From NCBI GenBank assembly GCA_030390025.1, contig CM059431.1, positions 140,866,001 to 140,930,000 of the forward strand: 64,000 nt of DNA, read 5' to 3'. Made by a program: the position numbers and the translations under genes. The DNA comes from Squalus acanthias (taxonomy: Eukaryota). Below, one piece after another: positions 10,366 to 24,000 of this stretch (its first letter is position 1; the number at the start of each line of letters is the position of its first letter). The notes beneath the pieces are model-generated. The model was not told the DNA's origin. It worked only from the letters and a program-made list of their open reading frames with translations, and searched no databases.

Positions 10366-13190
10366 ACATAGAAACATAGAAACGTTGAAGATAGGAGCAG
10401 GAGTAGACCATTCGTCCCCTCGAGCCTGTTCTGCCATGGAATGAGATCATGGCTGATCATCCAAATTCAGTACCCTGTCCCTGCTTACTCCCCATATCCC
10501 TTGTTCCCTTTAGCCTTAAGAAATATATCTATCTCCTTCTTGAATATATTTAATGAATTGGCCTCAACTGCCTTCTGTGGTAGAGAATTCCACAGGTTCA
10601 CAACTCTCTGGGTGAAGAAATTCCTCCTCATCTCAGTCCTAAATGGCTTACCCCTTATCCTTAGACTGTAACCCCTGGCTCTGGACTCCCCCGCCATCGG
10701 GAACATCCTTCCTGCATCTAGTCTGTCTAGTCCTGTTAGAATGTTATAAGTTTCAATGAGATGCCCTCTCATTCTTCTAAACACTAGCGAATATAAGCCC
10801 AATCGACCCAATCTCTCTTCATTCGTCATTCCTGCCATCCCAGGTATCACTCTGGTGAATCTTCGCTGCACTCCCTCCATGGCAAGAACATCCTTCCTCA
10901 GATAAGTTGACCAAAACTTCACACAATACTCAAGGTGTGGTCTCACCAAGGTCCTGTACAACTGCTGCACGACATCCTTGCTCCTGTACTCGAATCCTCT
11001 CGCTATGAAGGCCACCATACCATTCGCCTTCTTAACCACCGGCTGCACCTGCATGCTGACCTACAACGACTGGTGCACAAGGACACCCACGTCTCGTTGA
11101 AATTCCCCTTTTCCCAGTCTATTGCCGTTCAGATAATAACCTGCCTTCCTGTTTTTGGCACGAAAGTGGATATCCTCGCATTTGTCCACATTATACTGCA
11201 TCAGCCCAATCACCCAACCTGTCCAAATCGTACTGGAGTTTCTCTGCATCCTCCTCACAGCACACACGGCCACCCAGCTTTGTGTCGTCTGCAAACTTGG
11301 AGATATTACATCTAGTTCCCTCGTCTAGATCATTAATATATATTGTGAATAGCTTGGGTCCTAGCATCGATTCCTGCGGTATCCCACCAGTCACTGCCTG
11401 CCACTCGGAAAAAGACCCGTTTATCGAACACTTTGCTTCCTGTCTGCCAACCAGTTGTCTATCCAAGTCAGTACCTTACCCCCAATCCCATGTGCTTTAA
11501 CTGTGCACGCTAATCTCTTATGCAGTACCTTTCGAATGCCTTCTGAAAGTCCAAATACACCACATCCATTGGTTCTCCCTTATCAATTCTGCCAGTTACA
11601 TCCTCAAAAAATTCCAGTAGATTATTCAAGCATGATTTAACTTTTGTAAATCCATGTTGACTTTGTCCGATACTGTCACTGTTTTCCAAGTGCTCTGCCA
11701 TTCCATCTTTTATAATGGACTCTAGCATTTTCCCCACTACCGATGTCAGGCTTACCGGTTTATAATTCCCCGTTTTCCCTCTACCATCTTTTTGAAATAG
11801 TGGGGTTACATTAGTAACCCACCAATCCATGGGAACTGTTCCAGAGTCCATAGAATTTTGGAAGATATCTAGCAATGCATCTACTATTTCTAGAGCCACT
11901 TCCTTACGTACCCTAGGATGTCGATTATCAGGCCCTGGGGATTTATCGGACTTCATCCCATCAATACCCCTAACACCATTTCCCTACAAATACAGATTTC
12001 ATTCAGTTCCTCCCTCTCATTCGACCCTATGTTCCTCGACATCTCTCGCAGTTTATTTATGTCCTCCTTTGTGAAGACAGAATCTGAGTATGTATTTAAT
12101 TGGTCTGTCATTTCTTTGTTCCCCATTATAAATTCCCCTGATTCTGACTGCAAGGGACCTACGCTTGACTTCACCAATATTTTTCTCTTCACATATCTAT
12201 AGAAGCTTTTACAGTCAGTTTTTATGCTCCTGCAAGCTTACTCTCATACTCTATTATCCCCCTCTTAATTAATCCCATTGTGCTCCTTTACTGAAGCCTA
12301 AACTGCTCCCAATCCTCAGATTTGCTGCTTTTTCTGGCCAATTTATATGTCTTCACCTTGGATCTTATGCTGTCCCTAATTTCCCTTCTTAGCCACGGTT
12401 GAGTCTCTTTTTTTATGCCAAACAGGGATGAACAAATTCTATAGTTGATCCATGCGATCTTTAAATGTTTTCCATTGCCTATCCACCGTCAACCCTTTAA
12501 GTAACGTTCCCCAATCCATCCTAGCCAACTCGCACCTCATAGCATCGTAGTTTATTTTATTTAAATTCAGCACCCTAGTCTCTGATTCAACTACATCACT
12601 CTTCATCTTGGTGAAGAATTCGATCATATTATGATCGCTCCTACCCAAGGTGCCTCGCAAAAGAAGATTGCTAATTAATACTTTCTCATATATGATACCC
12701 AGTCTAAGATGGCCTGGTCTCCAGTTGGTTCCTCGACATATTGGACCAGCAAACCACCCATATACACTCTAGGAATTCCCCCTTCACAATATTGTTACTT
12801 ATTTGGTTAGCCCAATCTATATGTAGATTAATATCATCCATGATAACTGCTGTGCCCTTATTGCACGTGTCTCTAATTTCCTGTTTAATGCCATCCCCAA
12901 CCTCAGCATTACTGTTTTGGGGGTCTGTATACAACTCCCAATAACGTTTTCTGCCCCTTGGTATTTCTCAGCTCTACCCTTACAGATTCCACATCATCAG
13001 AGCTAATAGCCTTCCTTAATATTGTGTTAATCTCCTGTTTAACCAGCAATGCTACCCCAGCTCCGTTTCCTTTTTTGCCTGTCCTTCCTGAATATTGAAT
13101 ACCGCTGGATGTTGAATTCCCAGCCTTGGTCACCCTGGAGCCATGTCTCCGTAAACCCAATTATATCATATCCAGTTGCATTTATTTGCA
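10366..13190 (-). mobile_element. 5'-truncated CR1 LINE (endonuclease plus RT, frameshifted)
   Basis: Minus-strand ORF pieces with GFTETW, VYRPP, SDHN, DFQKAF, KFADDTKL; 8-bp tail repeat ACATAGAA at 10366-10382. Confidence 0.92.
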
Positions 13191-13445
13191 ATAAAAAATA
13201 TATACGGTGTTGGAAGGACACAGGTTCCCAACCCTGTCTGTTTGAACTGTGATTTCTACAATAAGGAGGAGGCGCCGCTGGACCACAATGGGGTAAGTTC
13301 CCAGAGTTCGTGTTCCTGCTTTCTGTCCCGCAACCGCTTTAAAACGTGTCTGTGTGGAGACTGGTGGAGACCAGTAGTGTGATTAAGCCTGAAATCCCCG
13401 GTGTAAAATGGACTGTCCTCAGTCACAGTCTGAGCCCACACTCAC

Positions 13446-14559
13446 AGAATAGCCGCAACCCACGCTGGAGAGCTTATCAGACCGCGGGGAATAGGCTTTA
13501 GAGAGGAAGAGTAAAGGGAGAAATAAAATAAAACACAGAAATGAAGCTTAGAAGCTACATTAACCTTACCCTGATCCCGCAAGGATTTTCTGACTCTTTA
13601 TTTCCGTGTAGATTTCACAAGTTATATCCTTGTTATTTAGTTACAACCAATTAGGTAGAAGTTCCTTGTTTGATTTGAGCAAGTCTCAAATTGTGAAATT
13701 GATGTGAACCTTGTTCAGTGCGACTCAGAGCTCCACCCTCTGTGTTAAAGATGCTGCCCGCCCTGAGAATGGATTTCAACTCAACATGACTCATTTGCTT
13801 CAGAACTGGGAGCGGCCAGTGTAACCAAATCATTCCAACCGGTTTGAAAATTCGCTGCCGCTTCAATATGAACAAAGTCAGTTGTAACTTTTACTTTATC
13901 GCTTCTTGTTCCTGGGATGTTCAGTAAAACAGACACATGTTTGTAAATAAATTGCTACATTTCCATCTGGGACATTAATTGCTAAATGTCCCATCGATTT
14001 CCTGATGTGTGAGTTTTTCGCCCAGGGTCCCAGAGCCAGTGTCTTGTCAGTGAGCTGAGAGGAGGCTGTTTCTGTCCATGAGGACATTAACCATTTAACC
14101 GCCTGTTAGGGTAAGCAAAACAAAACAGCAGAGACATAAAATCTTAACATCATGACAAAGATAACAGAAACCAGAAAGTGTGTAGACAGCTGAGGTGACA
14201 GACAATAACTTCTGAAAATATAGGACAACCTGTCTGCGGTTTTTCTAAGTAAGATGCGTACGTGCAAAATACAACATATTGATCTTTGCGGTTTTCGAGC
14301 ATAAAGCAGCCCGCTTCTTTTGTAAAAGCAGAAATTCTTTCGACCTTGATTGAAGAAGGATTTTCCCCGGTGTGCACTTGAATAAAGCGATCGTTGTACC
14401 GAACCGAAGTCTCCGCTGAGTCCTTTTCAACCACGACAGTTTTGGTGTAGTCGGCAGGATACCCGTATCGGATTGACAACACCGGACGGTCGAGTGATTA
14501 TATTTTTTAAGCCTTACTTGATCGGAACGGTGGGATGGATAACGAGAAACTGCGTGAAA
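13446..14559 (-). pseudogene. Probable decayed Ig-superfamily receptor exons (V-like, C1-like, short stalk exon)
   Basis: Acceptor at 14560-14561 then STVRC...PKLSWLKR and, in another frame, ERISAFTKEAGCFMLE...VFCTY; a 291-nt AG..GT-bounded segment 13570-13860 ending NWL*LNNKDITCEI; a 50-nt exon 13446-13495 with a strong pyrimidine tract and GTGAGT donor. Stops and frameshifts present. Confidence 0.4.
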
Positions 14560-14613
14560 CTGTAATGATATGGGGACCAGCAAGGTCGGAAGGTACAGAG
14601 ACTGAGGCAGCTC

Positions 14614-14784
14614 ATAGAGGTGGTCAGAACCGACACACAGTGAGAGGCCGAGAGAGCCTAACCGATGGAGGTGGTGAGAACGACTAAGATAAAATAGAGG
14701 TGGTCAGAAACGACCCATGGTGAGAGGCCGAGAGAGCCTAGCCGAGGGAGGAGGTAAGAACCACAAAGAAAAAATAGAGGTGGT
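14614..14784. repeat. 80-bp tandem repeat (2 copies plus partial)
   Basis: ATAGAGGTGGT recurs at 14614, 14694, 14774; TGAGAGGCCGAGAGAGCCTA at 14641 and 14721. Confidence 0.85.
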
Positions 14785-15227
14785 ATGTGGGGCTGGGTCA
14801 GTGGGCTGTCGCTGTTGGATCAGATCAGTGGGCGGTTGTTATGGTGTTGGGTAATTGGAATATTGGAGTTGTTTTGTGTTTGTGTTGTGCCTGTGATTGT
14901 CTGGTCAGTGGGATTTCAATGCAGGGTTGAGTCTGTGGTGAGTCGGATTGTGCTGGTTAATTTGGGTGTCGGGATTTGGCTATATCACTGTGATTTCTGT
15001 GTAGTGTAGTGTTAATAGGGTGCAAGATTGGTGCAGTGGGCTGTCGGTGTAGGACTTGGTCAGTGGGGTGTCGTTTTAGGGCTAGGTAACTTTTTCTGAA
15101 GCAGTTTTGTAAAAAGAGAAATTCTTAGGCATCGTTCTGATTCTGCAGACTGCAACAAGCAAACTCCTCCGTGGAACTGGGAGATTCCGGTCGCGCCGCC
15201 CGAACACGTGGAATGTTATACAATCAC

Positions 15228-15654
15228 AGAATCATAGAAAGTTACAGCACGAAAGGAGACCATTTCCGCCCATCGTGTCCGCGCCGGCCAACATGAGCTA
15301 TCCAGCCTAATCCCACTTCCCAGCTCTTGGTCCGTATTCCTGCAGGTTAGAGCATCCCAAGTGCACATCCATGCACTTTATAAATGTGGTTAAGGTTCCT
15401 GCCTCTACCAACCTTTCAGGCTATGAGTACCAGACCCCCACAGCCCTCTGGGTGAAGAAATTTCCCCTCCATTTCCTCTAAACCTTCTCCCAATTACTTT
15501 ACATCTGCGCCCCCTGATTATTGACCCCTCTGCTAAGGGAACTGGGTCATTTCTATTCACTTTATCGATGCCCCTCATAATTTTATACACCTCAATAAGT
15601 TCTCCCCTCAGCCTCCTCTGTTCCAAGGAAAACAGAGCCAGCCTATCCAGTCTT
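15228..15654 (-). mobile_element. CR1 3' terminal fragment
   Basis: LFSLEQRRLRGELIEVYKIMRG and 3' UTR/tail similar to the neighbouring copy. Confidence 0.88.
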
Positions 15655-18600
15655 AGAGTCATAGAGTCATAGAGTTATACAGCACAGAAAGAGGCCCTTC
15701 GGCCCATCGGCCCATCGTGTCCGCGCCGGCCATCAAGCCCTGTCTATTCTAATCCCATTTTCCAGCACTTGGTCCGTAGCCTTGTATGCTATGGCGTTTC
15801 AAGTGCACATCGAAATGATTCTTGAATGTTTTGAGGGTTCCTGCCTCTACCACCCTTTCAGGCAGTGAGTTCCAGATTCCAACCACCCTCTGGGTGAAAA
15901 CGTTTTCCTCAAATCCCCTCCAAAACCTCCTGCCCCTTATCTTGAAACTATGCCCCCTTGTTATTGCACCCACTACTAAGGGGAAAAGTTCCTTTCTATC
16001 TACCCTATCTATGCCCCTCATAATTTTGTGCACCTTAATCAGGTCCGCCCTCAGCCTTCTCTGCTCTAAGGAAACAACCCCAGCCTGTCCAGTCTCTCTT
16101 CATAGCTGAAGCGCTGCAGCCCTGGTAACATCCTGGTGAGTCTCCTCTGCACCCTCTCCAATGCAATCACATCCTTCCTATAGTATGGCGACCAGAACTG
16201 CACACAGTATTCCAGCTGTGGCCTAACTAGCGTTTCGTACAGCTCCATCATAACCTCCCTGCTCTTATATTCTATGCCTCGGCTAATGAAGGCAAGTATC
16301 CCATATGCCTTTTTAACCAACTTATCCACCTGTCCTGCGGCCTTCAGGTATCTATGTACATGCACACCAAGGTCCCTCTGATCCTCTGTCCTTCCTAGGG
16401 TCCTACCATTCATTGTGCATTCCCTTGCCTTGTTAGTCCTCCCAAAATGCATCACCTCACACTTTTCAGGGTTAAATTCCATTTGCCACTGTTCTGCCCA
16501 TCTGACCAACCCGTCTATATCGTCCTGTAGCCTGAGGTTTCCCTCCTCGCTATTTACCACCCCACCAATTTTCGTGTCATCTGCGAACTTACTGATCATA
16601 CCTCCTACATCCATATCTAATTAATTAATGTACACTACAAACAGCAAAGGACGCAGCACCGATCCCTGCGGTACACCACAGGACACAGGCTTCCAGTCAC
16701 AAAAACAACATTCGACCATCACCCTCTGCCTCCTGCTACAAATCCAATTTTGGATCCAATGTGCCAAGTTTCCCTGGATCCCATGGGCTCTTACCTTGTT
16801 GACCAGTCTCCCATGCGGGACATTGTCAAAAGCCTTACTGAAGTCCATGTAGACCACATCAACTGCACTACCCTCATCCACACACCTAGTCACCCCCTCG
16901 AAAAATACAATCAATTTGGTCAGACATGATCTCCCCCTGACAAAGCCATGTTGACTATCTTTGAATAAGCCTTGCATCTCCAAGTGGAGACTAATTCTGT
17001 CCCTCAGAATTTTTTCCAATAATTTCGCTACCACTGATGTTAGGCTCACTGGCCTATAATTCGCTGCTTTATCCCTACTACCATTCTTGAATAATGGTTC
17101 TACGTTAGCTGTTCTCCAGTCCTCTGGCACCTCCCCTGTGGCCAGAGATGTTCTGAAAATTTGTGTCAGAGCCCCTGCAATTTCCTCCATTGCCTCACAC
17201 AGCAGCCCGGGATACATCTCGTCTGGGCCTGCGGATTTATCCACTTTTAAGCCCGCTAAAACCCCCAGTACCTCCTCCCTCTCAATATTAATTTGATCAA
17301 GTATATCACAATCCCCCTGCCTGATTTCTATGCCTACATCGTCCTTCTCCATAGTGCACACAGATGCAAAATATTCATTTAAATCCCCACCTGCATCTTC
17401 TGGCTCTACACACAGATTGCCACTTTGGTCCCTAATGGGCCTTACTCTTTTCCTGTTTATCCTCTTGCCCTTAATATACTTATAAAACACCTTGGTATTT
17501 TTCTTTATTTTGCCCACCAGTGTTATTTCATGGCCCCTCTTCGCTCTCCTACTTTCTTTTTTAAGTACCCCATTGCACTTTCTATACTACTCTAGGTCTT
17601 CCACTGTTTTTACTCCTTCGTATCTGCCAAAAGCCTCCCTATTTTTACTAATCCATTCTCGTATATATCTTGACATCCAGGGTTCCCTGGGCTTGTTGGT
17701 CCCACCCTTGACCTTTACGGGAACATGTTGCCGTTGTACTCTCTCTATTTCCTTTTTGAAAGACTACCACTGCTCTGATGTGAATTTTCCTACAAGTAGC
17801 TGATCCCAGTCCACTTTGGCCAGGTCCTGCCTTATGATATTAAAATCGGCCTTCCCCCAATTTATAACGTGTATTTCCGGTCCATCTTTGTCCTTTTCCA
17901 TGACTACCTTAAATCTCACTGAATTATGGTCACTGTGACCAAAATGCTCTCCTGCTAACACTTCTACCACTTGCCCAGCTACATTCCCTAGAATTAGGTC
18001 CAGTACCGCGCCCTCTCTTGTAGGACTTTCTAAATGCTGGCTCAAAATGCTCTCCTGGATGCACTTTAAGAATTTCGCTTCCTCTAAGCCTTTCACACTC
18101 TGACTATCCCAGTTAATATTGGGGAAGTTGAAATCCCCTACTCTTATTACCCTATTTTTGCTACACTTCACTGAGATTTACCTACATATCTGTTCCGCTA
18201 TCTCCCCCTGACTGTTTGGGGACCTATAGTACACTCTCAGCAAAGTGCTTGATCCCTTTTTGTTTTTACGTTCTACCCATATGGCCTCATTATAGGAACC
18301 TGCTAAGATATCATCCCTCCTTACAGCAGTAATTGACTCCTTGATTAATATCGCGACACCCCCTCCTCTTTTGCACCCCCCTCTGTCTCGCCTGAAGATT
18401 CTATACCCCGGAATATTATGCTGCCAGTCCCGCCCCTCCCTCAACCATGTCTCTGTGATAGCAACAATATCATACTCCCATATGTTCATCAACACCCTCA
18501 ATTCATCTACCTTACTCGCAAGACTCCTTGCATTAAAATAAATGCCATCCAGCCTTGCCATATTCCCTTGTGCCATTACATATTTGCTCTGCCTTTCAGG

Positions 18601-19390
18601 CTGACTTGATTTTTCCTCTACATTTGGCTGTGCATCACACCCTACTATAGCTCCACTCCATATTCCATCCCCTTGCCAAGTTTGTTTAAACCACCCCCCC
18701 CACCACCCCCCACCACCACCCCCCCCCCACCCCCCATCAAACAGTACTAGCAAATCTCCCCGCAAGGATGTTGGTTCCGTTCCGGTTCAGGTGCAACCCG
18801 TCCGACTTGTACAGGTCCTACCTTCCCCAGAAGCAGACCCAGTGGTCCAGGAATCTATAGCCCTCCCTCCTGCAACAACTCTTTAGCCACGCATTCATCT
18901 GTTCTATCCTCCTATTCCCAAAGTCACTAGCACGTGGCACCGGGAGTAATCCAGAGATTGCAACCTTTGAGGTCCTGCTTTTTAATCTGCTACCTAGCTC
19001 CCTAAATTCTTCTTGCAGGACCTCATCCCTCTTTCTGTCAATGTCGTTGTTACCAATGTGAACCACGACCTCTGACTATTGACCCTCCCCTTTCAGAATG
19101 CCCTGCAGCCATTCAGTGACATCCTTGACCCTGGCACCAGGGAGACAACATACCATCCTGGAGTCACGTCTGCGGCCACAGAAACGTCTATCTGTTCCCC
19201 TTACGATTGAATCCCCTATCGCTATTGCTCTCCGACGCTTTTTCCTCCCCTCCTGTGCAGCTGAGCCACTCATAGTGCCACGGACTTGGCTCTTGCTGCA
19301 TTAACCTGAGAAACCATCCCCACCCCCCCCATCAGTATCCAAAACGGTAAATCTGTCGGAGGGAGATGGACCTTGGGGGCTTCTGCACTA
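15655..19390 (-). mobile_element. Long CR1 LINE with ORF1 esterase-like domain and disrupted ORF2
   Basis: ORF1 pieces IGDSIVRG and VHIGNND (SGNH-like); ORF2 FNARSL, ITETW, GDFN, SDHN, DFSKAFD, KFADDTK; tail (AGAGTCAT)n at 15655. Confidence 0.93.
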
Positions 19391-19660
19391 CCTTCCTCAT
19401 AGCTAAGATGTTCTACTCCCGGCAACATCATTGTAAATCTCTTTGGTACCCTCTCTCGTGCAATCGCATCTTTCCTGTAATGTGGTGACCAGAACTGCAA
19501 GCAGTACTCTAGCTGAGGCCTAACTAGTGTTTGATACATTTGAAGCATAACCCCCTGCTCTTGTATTCTATGCCACGGCTAATAAAGGCAAACATTCCGT
19601 ATGCCTTCTTAACCACCTTATCTACCTGATCTGCAACCTTCAGGGATCTGTGGACATGTA
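19391..19660 (-). mobile_element. Separate CR1 RT fragment
   Basis: YQTLVRPQLEYCLQFWSPHYRKD in ORF 19270-19548. Confidence 0.8.
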
Positions 19661-19849
19661 AAAGTGAAATTATTTAACATTAAACCCAAATCAGAAGTGC
19701 GTATTTCAGAGGAGAGGATTTGACCAGAGAGAGGCGGCCAGTTTGACCAGTGGCTAAAGAGTTGGACATGTCTATCTCCATCTCCAGCCTTCCTTTTCTT
19801 TCGATGTTTTTCTCGCCTCCCGATTATCTGCCCATGTTCCTCATAACTC

Positions 19850-20335
19850 CATGTTTGAATCTCTCCAATCGGGTTTCCGTTCCTGCCACAACACTGAAAT
19901 GGCAATAACCAAAGTCACAAATGAAACATATACGACTGTGAACTTGGTAAAAAATTCCTTCTCATTCTTCTAGATCTCTGCCGTCTTTGACACGGTCGAG
20001 CACAATATTCTCCTCCAACGCCTCTACTCTATTGTCCAGCTCAGTGGGACTGCCCTCGCTTGGCTCCACTTTTAGCTAACCAGGTAGGCAGATAATTTTT
20101 ATCAATGGCTCTTCCATGCTGTTTCTCCGGAGTCGCCAATGTGCTCACCCCATCCTATTACCCTTCTCTGCACTGCCCCTTGCCGGCATTATGCAAAGCC
20201 AAGATTCAGCTTTCACATGTACGCTGACAACACGCTGCACCAATTCATCCCCCCCTCCCTCGCCCCCTCGACTGTCTCTGCTTTGTCACGCTGCTTCTCC
20301 AACAGCCGTCCGAGATGAGCTACATACGTCTCACT
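19850..20335 (+). mobile_element. Degraded L2-like LINE RT fragment
   Basis: QSGFRSCHNTEMAITKVTNE, LDL.AVFDTVEH and FHMYADN remnants on the plus strand. Confidence 0.7.
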
Positions 20336-20900
20336 GACCTCGGATGCATCACATCTGGACCGGGTGATTTGTCTACTTTGAGGATTGTCAAACCTTTAAA
20401 TGACTCTTCTTTATCTGTTGTTAACCTATCCTAAATCACTGAGACCTCCTTTACTGCTAAATTGGCAGAACCTTCTAAATTGAAGACAACTGCAAAGCAC
20501 TCATTTAGTACCGCAGCTGCGCCCTCTGCTTCCACGGTAATGTCTCCTTGTTGTCGCTAATCGAACCCACTCTTCCTTTTATTACCCATTTAATATTTAC
20601 ATGTATATAAAGACTTTTGGTGTCCCTTTTATTTTAGCCGCTAATCTATTCTCCTACTCCTTGCCTCGTCCTGTTCCCTTATTTAGATCGCCACTGTACT
20701 TACTATATTCAGCTTGCTTCTCTACTGTATTATGAACCTCACATTTGTCATAAGCCTACCTTTTCTGCCTCCAGTTAACCTCTGTAGCTTTAGTCACCCA
20801 GAGAGATTTAACTTTGGATGCCCTTCCTTTCCCCCTCGTGGGAATGTGTCGACACTGTAATCGCATCATCTCCTCTTTGAATGCCTCCCATATATTTGTT
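20336..20900 (-). mobile_element. Degraded CR1 fragment
   Basis: Antisense KVDKSPGP..MHPR region at ~20340-20380. Confidence 0.65.
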
Positions 20901-21092
20901 TAGCTTCCAGTCCAGCTTTCGACTCAATTTGCTGACACAATCAGTCCATAATCCATTCACAACATTCAAGCTCTCCCCGTTGTACAAATTTATTAAATCG
21001 ACTTTTTCTGATAGCACTCACGCCTCTGATTCAGGAGGTCGTGGATTCAAGTCCAACTCCAGAGACCAGATAAAATTCAGGCTGACAATCCA

Positions 21093-24000
21093 GAGCAGTA
21101 CAGAGGGAGTGCGATACTGAGAAAGTGCTGCATTGTCGGAGGGGCCGTACTGAGGTCGAACCTCACTGTTGGAGTGGCTGCAGCACTGTAGAAGTAGTAC
21201 TGCTGAGGAAGCGCTCCACTGTCGAAGGGGCAGTATTGATGAAACGCTGCAATGATGGTTGGGCAGTACTGAGGGACTGCTGCACTGTTGGAGGGGGAGC
21301 ACTAAGGGGGTACCACACTGTCGGAGGGGCTGTATTGATGAAATGCTGCAATGATGGTTGGGCAGTACTGAGTGATTGCTGCACTGTTGGAGGGGCAGCA
21401 CTAAGGGAGTGAAACACTTTCGGAGGGGCTGTATGGTGAGAGTCCTTAACTGAAGAAGGCACAGTACTGAGGAAGTGCTGAATTGTCGGAGCTGCAGTAC
21501 TGAGCGAATGTTGCACTGTCAATGGGACAGCACTGAAAGAGAGCTGCCCTGTCGGCGGGGCAGTACTGAGGGAATGCTGCACTATCGGTGCGTCAGTAAT
21601 GATAGACCGCTGTATTGTCGGACGGGCAGTAGCAAGGGAGTGCTGTACTGTCAAAAGGGCAGTAGTGAGCGAGTGTTGTACTGTCGGAGGACAGAACTGA
21701 GGGAGTTCGGCACTGGCGGAAGGGAGGTACTGTGGGAGTGCTGCACTGTCGAAGTTCAGTACTGAGGGAGACCTGTACTGTCGGAGGCGTAGCACTAAAG
21801 GAATGCAGCACTGTCACACAGGCAGTACTGAGAGACTGCTTCAATGTCGGATGGTTCGTACTGACAGACCGCTGCAAAGACGAAGGAGCACTACTGAGGG
21901 GTGTCACACTGCCGGAAAGCCAGTACTGAGAGAGTGCACAGCTGATGTAGGACAGTCCTGGGTGTGTGCTCTACTGTCGGAGTCTACACTTTCGCAGGGC
22001 AGCATTGGTGAGTGCTGCATTGCAGGTTGGGCAGTACAGTGGGACTGCTGCGCTGTCCTAGGCGCTCGATTGAGCGACTGCTGCACGATTGGAGGTTAGT
22101 AATTAGGGACTGACGTACTGTCGGGTACAGTACTGAGCGATCGTTGCACTGTGGGAGCGGCAGTTAATTTAGTTTATTGGTTCCTGGGATGTGGGCGTCA
22201 CTGGCAATGCCAGCATTTATTGCCCATCCCCAATTGCCCTTGAGAAAGTGAGCCGCCTTCTTGAACCGCTGCAGGGCAGGTATTCCCACAGTACGAACTG
22301 TGTCGTTTCAATTTTGTACAACTGAGTGGCTTGGCCATTTCAGAGTCAACAATATTGCGGTGGGCCTGGAGTCACATATAGGCCAGACTGGGTAAGGATG
22401 GCAGATTTCCTTTGCTAAAGGACATTAGTGAACCAGATGGATTTTTACAACAATCCGGTAGTTTCATGATCAACATTTTTTTTAAAATCCTGAATATTTA
22501 ATTAACTGAATTTAAATTTCCCCAGCTGCCTCTGGTGGTATTTGAACTCACGTCTAATCATATAATCATTAGCCCTGGCCTGCTGGATTACTAATTCAGT
22601 AACATAATCACGATGCTACCGTACACTCGTTGCGAGAGCCACGCACCACCGGAGGTGCAATATTGAGGGGGCGCTGCAGCGTCGGAGGGGTAGTACTGAG
22701 GGAGCGCAGTATCTTTGGCGAGTCAGTGCTTAGAGAGTGCGGCTGCATCAGCGAGCCAGGACTGAAGAGCGCAGGCAGGTGTAGGGCAGTCCTGGGTGTC
22801 TGCCGTACTCTAGCAGTGTCATTACTGAGGGAGTGCTGCACTGTCAGAGGGTCAGTGCTGTGTGATTCGTGCACTGTCAGCGTGTCAGTGCAGAGTGATT
22901 GCAGCACTGTCAGAGGGTCAGTGCTGAGTGATTGCTGCACTGTCAGAGGGTCAGTGCTGAGTGATTCCTGCACTGTCAGAGGGTCGGTGCTGAGTGATTC
23001 CTGCACTGTCAGAGGGTCAGTGCTGAGTGATTGCTGTATTGTCAGAGGGTCAGTGCTGAGTGATTCCTGCACTGTCAGAGGGTCAGTGCTGTGTGATTGC
23101 TGCACTGTCAGAGGGTCAATGCTGAGTGATTGTTGCACTGTCAGAGGGTAAGTGCTGAGTGATTCATGCACTGTCAGAGGGTCAGTGCTGAGTGATTCCT
23201 GCACTGTCAGAGGGTCAGTGCTGTGTAATTGCTGCACTGTCAGACGGTCAATGCTGAGTGATTGCTGCACTGTCAGAGGGTCAATGCTGTGTGATTGCTG
23301 CACTGTCAGAGGGTCAATGCTGACTGATTGCTGCACTGTCAGAGGGTCAGTGCTGAGTGATTCCAGCACTGTCAGAGGGTCAGTGCTGAGTGATTCCTGC
23401 ACTGTCAGAGGGTCAGTGCTGAGTGAGTGCTGCACTGTCACAGGGTCAGTGCTGAGTGAGTGCTGCACTGTCAGAGGGTCAGTGCTGAGTGATTGCTGCT
23501 CTGTCAGAGGGTCAGTGCTGAGTGATTGCTGCACTGTCAGAGGGTAAGTGCTAAGTGATTGCTGCACAGTCAGAGGGTCAGTGCTGAGTGATTGCTGCAC
23601 TGTCAGAGGGTCAGTGCTGTGTAATTGCTGCACTGTCAGACGGTCAATGCTGAGTGATTGCTGCACTGTCAGAGGGTCAATGCTGTGTGATTGCTGCACT
23701 GTCAGATGGTCAATGCTGACTGATTGCTGCACTGTCAGAGGGTCAGTGCTGAGTGATTCCTGCACTGTCAGAGGGTCAGTGCTGAGTGATTCCTGCACTG
23801 TCAGAGGGTCAGTGCTGAGTGAGTGCTGCACTGTCAGAGGGTCAGTGCTGAGTGATTGCTGCTCTGTTAGAGGGTCAGTGCTGCGTGATTGCTGCACTGT
23901 CAGAGGGTCAGTGCCGAGTGATTGCTGCGCTGTCAGAGGGTCAGTGCTGAGTGATTCCTGCACTGTCAGAGGGTCAGTGCTGTGTGATTCCTGCACTGTG

